DNA of 63,781 nt, counting the filler, from Peribolospora baueri (lineage: Eukaryota), in assembly GCA_029717555.1 (NCBI GenBank). It is 3 parts of 3 records of this genome, joined end to end, with 100 filler letters (N's around TTAATTAATTAA, not from the genome) between each part and the next. Parts side by side here need not be neighbours in the genome. Positions count along the whole stretch, not along the records: positions 53,694 to 63,781 come from JAMDHS010000178.1; 2 more parts are not named here. One strand, written 5' to 3'. The notes under the pieces were generated by a model, which did not search any database, had not been told where the DNA came from, and worked only from the letters and a program-made list of their open reading frames with translations. The translations under genes and the position numbers were made by a program. Of this stretch, positions 53,741-63,781 are shown piece after piece. Positions within the stretch are counted from its first letter, which is position 1, and each line of letters begins with the position of its first letter.

Positions 53741-56700
53741 CCAGCTGATAGCTTGTGATGAGCACGTGGAACGGCGCATCGCGATGGTAGGAGATCTGCT
53801 TCTTGTTCCAAAACCGTCGGAGCGTCTGACGGTCCTTGGTGTTGCCCCAATAAGGCAGAGCCTTGAGGTCGGGGACGAAGCGGGTGATTTCCTGCTGCCA
53901 GTTGTGGAGCGTCGAGGCGGGGGCGATGACGAGAAAGGGACCCCAGATATCGTGCACCTCCGCGAGGTAGGCCATGAGCGAAATGGATTGCACGGTCTGC
54001 GGGAAAAGAAACAGGGTTGGCGCAAGTCAGCCTCAGCTCCCAGCTCCGCGCGCGAGACGGATGCTCGCTCACCTTGCCGAGACCCATCTCGTCAGCGAGG
54101 ATACCGTTGATCCCTTGTTCGTACAGATTGGCAAGCCAGTTGAGACCTTTGAGCTGGTACTCCTTGAGGTCGCACGTGAGCATCTTGGGCTGCTTGATGT
54201 CCATCTCGCCCATCGACGTCGGGTTCAGGAAGTTGAGCTCGTCCGAGTCGACTGGCGGCGAGACGAGGCGGTAGAAGGAGAAGTCCAATTTTAAGTGACG
54301 GCCATGACGGATCGTGAAAAATGAGGAGATTCTACGAACGAGGCAACTCACTGTCCATATTCCGTATGCTGACCTGCTTGTCAGCCGTCTCTTCGCCCTG
54401 AGAGGCCTCCCTGGCAGCCGCCTCGGCCAGCCTGCGCTCCTCGGCAGCCTGCTCGTCGAACGCGCGCGCCTTCTCCCTCGCCAGCGCGACGGCCTCCTGG
54501 GCATTGCGCCGAGCGTGCGCGCGCAGGTTAGACTCGTCATCGGCGTCAAAGTCGAGTTCCTCCAGCTCCGCGTCATCGGCCGTCCTCTCGGCGTCTTCGG
54601 GAGAGGGGCTGACGGGGCGAGAATCGATGGGCAAGGTGGTGGAACTGGCGTCCGGAGCAGGCGTCGCGGACGTGGACGGAGTGGCTCCGGCCGTGTCGGC
54701 GGTAGCCGCCTCTGCCTCGGCGGCTACGTGGGGGGACACCGGGGGGGTGAGTGGAAGGCGAAAAAAAGAAAAGAAAAGAAACGAAACGAAACGAAAACGA
54801 CGATCCTATCGGGCGAACTCACTCTTAATCTTACTCCCAACAAAGTGAGAATAAAGCTCCGTCTGAGTAATAAGAAAATTAAGCTTCCTAGCCTGCCTCT
54901 TCGCCTCCCGAATCTCCTCTTCCTTCTTCGCCTTCTCCAACGCGTCCTTTTCGGCCTTTTTCCGCAAATCACGTTCTTCACGCTCGTTCTTTTTCCAAAA
55001 CACCAGCATCTCGCGCATCACTTTGCGCGCTTTCATTTGTACGTCCTTGCCCGTCTTGGTGTTTCGCAAAGCGCCGCGCTTTGACTCGCGCACGGCGACT
55101 GCGCTAAGCCGCCTCCAGTAGGCGGCCTTGGAAGCGCCGGAAGCGACGACGGTTTTGTAGACCTGTCCAGAGAAGAAGAAAAAGAAAGAAAGAAAGAATC
55201 CGCCGTGCTCCGTCAGCGGGGAAAACGACCATCATCATGCGAAATCCGCAAACTCACCTTCGGAATGTCCTTCTTGGCAATACTCGTCCAGTGTTTCCGA
55301 TGCGCGTCCTCCAGCTGCTTCCTCCGCTTCTCGTCGATCGGGATCGGCCTCTCCCACACGTATTCCCCTCGTCCCTTCTTCTTCCCGCCACCGACGGCAG
55401 CGGCGGGGACGGGAGTGGTGGTAGAGGATCCGATGGCAAAGCTCGCTTCGGACGCGCCTTCGTTCTCGTCGTCGAGACCGGAAGAGGAGGGCACGTCGCC
55501 GCCGCGTCCCAAGTCAGAGGCCCTGAGAGCGGGAGAGCCGTCGGCGCTGACGGAGCCGCCGCGGAACGGCCCGCCAGCGTGTTCGACCACGCCTGGCGAC
55601 CTGGCACCGTTCTCGGCGGCCGCGGCGAGCTCGGCGGCAGAGATCTCTTCGATCTTTCGCTTCTTCGACTTGCGCCCCGACGACGCGGGGCCACCGGCAC
55701 CGGGTTCTGACGAGTCACGGTCACCAGCAGTTAAAGAGGCCCCGCTGCTTCGACCACGGCCCCTGTTCTTGCCCCGGCCGGAGCCGCCGCGACCTCGACC
55801 GGGACGGCGGCCGGTGGTGGTCGTCGCCTTGCTCTGCTCGGAGCCGGCGAGGCTGACGGCCACCGAGCCCGCGTCGTCCTCGTCCAGCTGGTCCAGCTCG
55901 TCCTCCTCGTCATCGCCGTGGCGGCCACCGACACTGCCACCGCCGACGAGCAGCTCGTCCGCCAGCTCGTCCTCCTCGCCGGCCATCCCCTCGGCTTCCA
56001 ACCTGGCGCGTCTGGCGCGCTCGATTTCGGCGGCATGACGGGCCTCGCGCTCCTTGGTCTTCTTTCCCTTTCCCCTTCCGCGCTTCTTCTTGCCCTCGAC
56101 CTCGACGAAGATCGGCTCGGCGTCGGTGGTGTCCTTGTCGACCTTGTCGGTGTCGGGGACGAGCGTATCGAGCAAGGCCTCCTCGATCTCCTTCTCGCGC
56201 ACCAACCGAGCCTCGGCGTCGCGGGCTCTGGCCTCGTCGGCGGCCTCCTCGCGACGGATGCGGTGCTCCTCGGCGTCGCGGATGGCGACCTTGCGCATGA
56301 TCGAGTCGTGGCGGACGGCGTAGGCGCGTGCGAGGCGACGAGCGGTGGCGACGTTGTTGTCCTGAAGAAGAAGAAAAAAAAAAGAATAGAGAAATAAGAA
56401 GAATCGTCAGCCAACACGATGCAAACCAAACCTTCCAAAACCATCCAGCGCTACCAGAAACGTCCCTCCCCGCCGACTCACATGATACCTCGCCTCAAAC
56501 GCCTCATGCAACAGCTTCGCTCGCTTCCGAGACCTCATCACATACGCCTCCACTTCGGCCGTCCACACGTCCCGGTTCTCGTCTTTGTCGAGGTCAGAGT
56601 CCCATGCTGGTTCGCTTTCCTCGTCTTCTTGCGCTGCTGCTGCGGCGGCCATCGTCGCCGGCGCCGTCGCCGGCGGGTTGGACGCACGTCGGCCGCCGCT

Positions 56701-58176
56701 GCCGGACTTCTTGTTCCTGCCCCTCCCCGTCCCGCCGCCCTTGGCAGGTGCCTTGGCAGCCGCGGTGGCGGTGGCGTCAGCGTCGGTGGCGGAGACCTTT
56801 CGTCTGTGAGAAGACTTCTTCTTCCCGGCAGACGTCGGTGTCGCCGTCGGCGTCTGAACGTTTTGCGAATACCCGGCTTGTCTGTTGCCGTTACCGTTAG
56901 CAGCGTCAGCGTCGTGAGCGGCTGGGGCCGGGGCGCCATTCGGGTAGGCTCCTTCGTGAGAGGAGTCGACGGGGGGCGGATGGTGGAAAGACTGGGCGGA
57001 ATGAAAAATAAAAGAGGCTGATCAACGACTGGCAAGGGAAAGGAAAACGATAACGAGCGTCGGCGGTGGACGAGCGCGACACTCACCCCCCTCGACCGCC
57101 TTCTCTCCTCTTCGCCCATCGCCCAGGCCTCGTCGGTTCCGGCGTAGTGGCTCATCCTCGACTCGTCCTCCCACTGGCGCTCGAGCGGGTAGGGTGGCGA
57201 GGTGGGTCGGGAGGGCGGCGCTGGAGGAGGAGGGGGCGGGGGGAGGGCGCGACCGTATCGGTCGACGTAAGGGCCAGCGGCGTAACGGGGAGCGTAGACG
57301 GAGGAGGGGTGGTGTGGAGGAGGAGGAGGAGGATGGTGGGCGGCCGCGTAGGCGTCCTCCCTGACCGGGCTCCGACGGTATGGATCCGTGGCGGGATAGC
57401 CGAGAGGGGGCTCGGCAGACACGGGGGCGGCGACGGGACTGACGGCGCCGGTCAACGGGTCGTGTTTGCGGATGCCGTCTTCGTCGACGACGGGGACGTC
57501 GCGGGGACGACGGTCGTTGAGGATGGAGGAGATGGACATGGCGGCGCCGGCCGGCGGTGCGCGTTCTCGCTCGGGCGACGGCGAGGAGGACGGGCGGCGG
57601 CGATAGGACCGGTGAGAAGAAGCCGGAGGCGGAGGCTGAGAGAAGAAGTAAAAAAAGGGATGGACGCGTGGGAGATTAGGCATGGGTTAGAGCATGCCCG
57701 TACGAGGCGAGCGAGACCGGTGGCCATCGTCGTCGGGGTCGGTCGGTCACCATCGGCGGGCTCACACTCACCTGGTAGGCCCTGGAGTAGATATCCCTGC
57801 CCGAGCCAGCGATCGTCGAGGCATAAGGCCTGGCGGGTGGAGCGGGCGCTGGCATGGGCTCGCGGGGGTAGACGGGACGCGGGTAGCGGTGGTCGCGAGC
57901 GTACGGGTCGGCGGGATCGTGGTCGTAGTCGTAGTCGGGATGGCGGTGCGGGTAGTGGGCGTGGCCGATGTAGCGGTCGTCGTGCGGGCTGGCGGGCGCG
58001 GGCGGAGGATAGGGATGCGGGACAGCCCTGGAGGGGGAGGAGGAAGGGTAAGGCGGGTAGTGGGGGTGATGAGCAGCATAGGCCGGGTGCGGGGGGGAAG
58101 GGACGGGGTGGTCAGAGCGAGGGGCGGAGGGGCGACGGGCCTCGGGGGAGTGGTGGTGGTAGTCGCGGTGGGCCAT
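53741..58176 (-). CDS. INO80: Chromatin-remodelling ATPase Ino80; 5' part only, truncated at the gap
   Basis: DBINO/HSA region ([46 protein letters not shown]) and SNF2 N-lobe ([60 protein letters not shown]). Start codon tentative. Confidence 0.93.
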
Positions 58177-58347
58177 CTCGCCGGGTCGTTCTCGTTCTTG
58201 CTTTCTGTTTTCTTTCTTTCGCTCACTCGCTCACTCGGTCGCTCTCTCGCCTGCCGGTGCCGCGGGGGGAAAGGGTGGGAGCGACGGGGAGTCGGCGGTG
58301 GAGGAGGGTGGATGGGGGAGGTTAGGAAGAGGGGATGATGGCGGATG

Positions 58348-58436
58348 GTGGTGGTGGTGGCGATGGCGACGACGACGACGACGACGGTGGTGGTGGTGGT
58401 GGTAGTGATGGTGGTAGTGATGGTAGCGGCGATGAT
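58348..58436. repeat. Compound (GGT)n/(GAC)n trinucleotide repeats upstream of INO80
   Basis: Direct reading of the sequence. Confidence 0.8.
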
Positions 58437-59977
58437 CACGCCTGCCTTCTCGTCCGGCTCGGCTCAGTCAGCGGTGGGGATGAAAAAGAGGGGCGGGCGG
58501 ATCGCTGGCTGGCTTGGTTGGTTGTTGTTGGCTGCTGGCTTACTCGTTGATGGACGAACGTTGTTGGTGGTTTCACTCGACCGCGACGGATAGCCGCGGA
58601 GAAGAAGAGGAGGTCGTAGGACAACGACGGCAGATAATACTGTCTAGATAGACAGACGACAGCCAAGACAGACAACAGCAAACAGAATTGACACTGACAG
58701 ACAGATAGATGGATAGGTAAAGGTAGATGATACATTTCCCTCGCCCCTTCGAATCGGCTTGCTCTCCTCTTCCTTCCTCCGTCGCCGCGACGTGCAAAGA
58801 AGAAAAAAAGACGAAGAAAGAATTCGCGCGCGCTCGCCAATGCTCCCCTCGGCGCCCGTTCGCTTCCCTGCCCGACGTCACCTCGCCAGCGTCAGCAGGG
58901 TGAGAATGGAATGAATTGGTGGACTGGAATGGACTGCGACTGACTGAAATGGACTGACCGGACTCGGAACGACAATGGAGCCTCCCAACGACGACGACGC
59001 CTCGCAAAGTCTTCTTCTTGCCCTTCTTCCTTCCACCTCGCCCCTCCCATCCCATCCACCTAACCCGTACATACACACCTTCTACAATCCATCCCATCCA
59101 CACCACTCCCACTCCCACCCCGCGTCCATACGATAGATAGTTTAGTTAGTTAGCATACGCCACGCCCACAATAGCCATGCAGCCCATCTTCTCGTCCTCC
59201 CGTCCAGCCGCGGACCCAGTTCGCTCACGGACCCGCCCGCCTGTTGACCCTTGCCTGTACGATCCAATCGATCACCATTGGCGCCATCCCTAACTAACCC
59301 TCCCCATCCTCGGCAAGCCACTCGGACTCGCACTCGGACGTCGACGTCGACGGCCACGGGCGGACGGACGACGTACACGAGTCCCTCCTCGTCCGTCCCA
59401 TCTTCTCTTTTGCGCTCGGTTCAGTTCAATTCGATTCGGTGCGGTGCGGTTGGACGTCATGGCCTCCGCTACAAAACATACACGACATGAAAGAACCTTG
59501 GCTTCAACGCCCATCCATCTATCCATCTATCTATTGTCCGTCGTCCGTCGTCCTTCTCGACCGCTTCGAACAGCCAAGCGAAGCAAGTGTTCGTTCAGCT
59601 TTCGCCCCAGTCCGTCCTCCCATCCATCTATCCATCCATCCATCCGTCCTTTCATCCACCCGTTCCGTCTCTCGCCGCGTCAAACCACCACGATCCTGCA
59701 CGTGATCGCCTAACTCGATCGATCGGTCCGACGAGACAACGCTCAGATCATCAGACGTCCTCCGTCTTCGATCCGATCCGATGCGAGCGCTCCCTCCTTC
59801 GCTGATTACGTTTTACATGCTATTCTGCTCTGCCGCTCGCGGGAAGGGATAACGACGAAAGAAGGATGGAAACGTGAAGCTGGCGGAGATAGACAGGCGA
59901 ACGGACGGACAGACAGACAGACAGACAGAGTCCCAAATCCGAGAATGACGTGGCAAGCTGTCCCCACCACCAACGAA

Positions 59978-62900
59978 TCACCAAAACCTCTTCCGCCGAT
60001 CCCGGCTCTCGCTCAGCATCTCCACCTCTTCCACCTCCTCCTCCGCCCGACGCCCCCCGGACGGGCCGGGGCCGTGCGGGCTCCGGCTACGGGTGATCAC
60101 GTCCATCAGCGGCGCCGTCGACGACGCTGTCCGACGCATCGCCGGCCCGTAGCCCGACACCGGCCGCGGCTCGAGCGGCGGAAGCGTGCGATCCGCCCAC
60201 ACCGGCGGCCTGTTGTCCCCGGCGCCGGGCGGTGGTGGTGGTGGTGGCGCCGCCAAGGGAGGAGGCCCGCATGGAGAGGTGGACGACATCGCCCACGGTC
60301 CCCCGCCGCCGCCGCCAGCACCGACACCGGCCGACGACGTTGACAATTCGCGCCCCAGATACGCCGGGTGGATAGGCTCCGCGCCTCCTCTCCACACCAA
60401 CGCCGGCGGAGGAGGGCCGCCGCCGTGAGGCGGTGGCGGGTGCATCGGTATCGGTGGCGGATGTGACGGCTGCACTGGGCGTTCCTGAAGCTGAGAGGAC
60501 GACGAGTGACGGTGGTGGTGGGACGGGTACGACGAGTGCTGCTGCTGCTGCTGCTGCTGCTGACCATGACCAGGCTGACCGCACTCCGGACCCCCCGGGT
60601 AGGTCGCCGTGCCCGGCGACGGAAAGTTCGTCGTCCCCGGCGACGGAGTGTAAGCGTACCCGGCCATCGAGCCCGTCGGAAGGCCGCCGGCAGCAGAAGC
60701 GTAGTAGCCCGGCGGTGGAGGAGGCTGTTTCGAATACGCAAACGGCTGCGCCGTTGCCCAACCGGGACTCGAACTCGGTACGGCGGCGGCGGCGGCGGCG
60801 CTATCGATCGGAGGCATGACGACGTGCCTGTCCCGCGCCGTCTCTCTCGGAAAGCTGTACCTCCGCGGATCCCTCGCCGCCGCGTCCGTCGGGCTGACCT
60901 CGTGCTGGAGGGAAGGGAGCGAGGGGCGGTAGCGCTCGAATTGTCGGCTCGTAGGCAGGTACGCCTGCGAGGCGGACAACGGCCCACCTCCCGAGGTCGA
61001 AGCGGTGACGCTCGACGTCTCCGACATTCGGCGGTCCACCCAAGCCGAGCCAGCGGCGCCAGCGCTGGCCGACGACGTCGACGTTGACGTCGACGGAGAC
61101 GTGTCCTTAACCGACGACGCGCTCACGGCGGCGGCGGCGCTGGCCGCTATCGCCGTCTTCAGGTTCGCCCGGCCGCTCATCTTGGCGGCGCTCGGAAGGG
61201 CGGCAGAGCTTTCGACGGCCCTCGCAGCCACCGTCGCCGCATTCTCGCCCGGGTCGAGAACGTAAACGCTGGCGTGCCTACCGCCGAGCAGACCGCCCTC
61301 CCAGTAGTGCTGCCACACGTAGTCCTTGAGCTTGCGCACGCCCGGCAGGCCCTGAAGGAGGTTCTTGACGCTGTTCTGTCCGAGCCCGTAATAGTCCGGC
61401 CCGGACACCGAGTTGCTATGCTGCCGATTGCGGATCGCGTTGGCCGTGCGCACGATGCCCGACCAAGCGCCTGTCGCCGTTCCAGCGACGATCGGATTGT
61501 CGGGCTGATCGGCGGGAATGATCTCAAAGCGCGGGCCGTCGCCGCCGTCGATGATCCGACAGGTGTACATCACCTGTACGTCCGCGTTGATCATCGAGTT
61601 GTACATCCTAGAAGCGGATAAAAGGGTGCAAAGGGCGAGTCGGTCACGCCCACGCCCACGACTTGGCCCCGTCAGACGAAGATAAAAAAAGCCCACCTCG
61701 TCACCTCGTAGCCGATAGGAAAGATGTATCGCTCGGTGTGAAAGTGCTCCCTATCGGTCACCTCTCCGAGCTTGTGCAAGGTGATGATGCCGATCTGGAG
61801 AGGTAGCGTGACGTTTCCGTCCGGTCGTCGAGGGACTTGGGGTATCTGGATGTGCTTCGACACGACGTTGTGCGCCTTGAGGCGCTTTGGCTTTGTCGTC
61901 CGCGCGGGCTTGTCGACGGTGGAGAGGATGGTGGGCAGGGAAGACGACGGATGCGGGGCGGGTAAGGGCGTCGGCACGGACAAGGCGGGCGACGACGACG
62001 TGTCAGCGGCGCTGGCCGCACCGGACGAAGGGAGGGACTGTTCGGGGAGGAGGGGCGAGATGGGCGGAGAAGAATCGGACGACTCGGAATGGCGCCTGGA
62101 AACGGAGGTGGTGGCCGCCGAGGCGAAATGGCCGGCGACGGGCGTGCGCTCGCTGGTGACGCTGCCGTGCTGGGAGGAGTGGTCGTCCAAGGCCAGTCTG
62201 CCGATGCCGACGCCAGGGGACAGGCCGCTGGCCGGCGGTGGTCTCTCCGACGTCGAGCGTCTGCTACTGAGACGGCTGCTCGCGGAGCCTTGTCGGCTGA
62301 GAGACATGCTGTACGGCCATTCGCCGCTCGTCCTGCCGGAGCTGGCCGGGGAGGGCGAGCGACTGTGCCTCAGACGTTTGCTCTCGCCACGCACCGACGA
62401 CGCCGGGCTGCCCTGCTCGCTGAAACTACGGCGGCCGAGAGGGTCCTGGTCGGTGTCGGTGAGGATCTCTTCCCTCTCGCCGTCATCATCGGAGGTGTGG
62501 CCTCGCTTGGTGGACGACTTGCCCTGCGAAGAGGAAAAAGAGCGGCGGTTGAAGGAGCCATCGTGAGGGCTGACGGAGGAAGCGTAAGAGGACAGTTCGA
62601 TTTCTGAATGCGGTTGGTCAGAGATCTCGGAGAGAGATTCCAGGTCTGATGGTCGCTCGGCGGACGTCTGGTGGAAATGGTCGAGCAGGGAACTGGGTGG
62701 GAAGCGAAAGGGATGGATGGATCATGGGATGGGTCAACGGGCGCTAACTAGCGCTGGATCGACGCGCCGGTCGACGGGTGCGGAAGCATCTTGACGCTCC
62801 ACACGGAAATCTCTCTCTCTTGGGGGCGGGCGTGTGTGAAGTTGGGAGCGGGCGTCTGTCACCCGACTGACTACTGTACTCACTTCTTCTGTTGTCTCAA

Positions 62901-63574
62901 GCGGGCAATCGTCCTCTCCGCCTTTACCAGGGACGCCGACAATTCTTCACGCGCCTGTTGCCGCCGACGGCGTTCGGGCCGAAGAGATGGGTACAAAGCA
63001 TCCGGGCGCCGGTGAGCAGCGGCCGGAGGGAAAGAGGAAAGGCGGGATGTGACAAACAAACCTTGACGCCTTCAAAGTATTTCCTCTTGAGCCGATTATA
63101 CTTGGTCAAAAGGGTGTCATACTCTTCCGGTCCGCCAACGCGCTCGGGCGCAGGAGGCGCCCGCGGCGGGCCCATCAACTCGCGGGCGTCAACCACGCCC
63201 GCGTTCATGGCACCAGCGAATGAGTGCGAACGAGGACGTTCGGAAGAAGAGGACTGAAAACCTTGGTACGGTTGAGAGCTGCCGCCCGCGCTTTCAGACC
63301 GCGTGAAGGAGGCCAAAGGACGATGTGGGACGGCGGTCGTCGGTGTGAGAGACGAAGAAGACGGCAGGGAGACGAAGGCAGCCTGGTCGAATGGCTCTGA
63401 TGGATTGTGTGCTCCACCAGGCAAGGGCAAATCTGCGACGCCCTCCATGGGCTGGGCGCCGGTCCTGCTGCTAGGTGCTACGAGGGACGAGCGAGGGTCA
63501 TGACGCACTTGTTCTTGGCGGCCGAAGGACGAAGAAGATGATGGAGAGTGGGGCCTGCTAGACGATAGGTCCAT
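59978..63574 (-). CDS. FYRN/FYRC-domain protein (TBRG1-like) with an N-terminal INO80E/Iec3-like coiled coil and a Pro/Gln-rich tail
   Basis: LPLQIGIITLHKLGEV..FHTERYIFPIGYEVTR|MYNSM..YTCRIIDGGDGPRFEI..ATGAWS..VSGPDYYGL..LLQGLPG. The N-terminal region reads KYNRLKRKYFEGVK|AREELSASLVKAERTIARLRQQK|NSLLDHF. Confidence 0.85.
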
Positions 63575-63616
63575 GCGAGGCCACGGTTGGATCGGGAATG
63601 GGGTGGGTGGGGGTCA

Positions 63617-63781
<165 letters not shown>

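Overview
This is a GC-rich, intron-rich fungal segment. The gene style suggests a basidiomycete, probably a smut relative (Ustilaginomycotina); that taxonomy is inference. It holds about 21 spliced protein-coding genes and one intron-containing tRNA-Arg(ACG). It also has a decayed ORF relic and two 100-nt artificial gap linkers (N44-TTAATTAATTAA-N44). The left two thirds are densely packed with amino-acid and organic-acid enzymes plus housekeeping genes. These are an agmatinase-like 3' end, trimethyllysine dioxygenase, PPX1, a succinyl-CoA-synthetase-like alpha/beta pair, malic enzyme, TSR4, CYB2, RRP1, SER3, D-2-hydroxyglutarate dehydrogenase, VTI1, HIS4, ABZ1, a RidA/D-amino-acid oxidase gene and BNA4. 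The right third carries a Zn2Cys6 factor, an Hva1-TUDOR protein, an alpha/beta hydrolase, INO80 (cut by a gap) and a FYR-domain protein, with microsatellite-rich spacers. Three findings stand out. (1) An apparent in-frame, peroxisome-targeted RidA imine deaminase::D-amino-acid oxidase fusion sits head-to-head with kynurenine 3-monooxygenase. (2) An intact head-to-head SCS-like alpha/beta pair has a beta subunit that has lost essentially all ATP-grasp nucleotide-binding residues, while the alpha subunit keeps the phospho-His. (3) An INO80E/Iec3-like coiled-coil plus FYR gene lies directly upstream of INO80. Exon boundaries were inferred by eye, and family calls come from motif recognition, not database searches.
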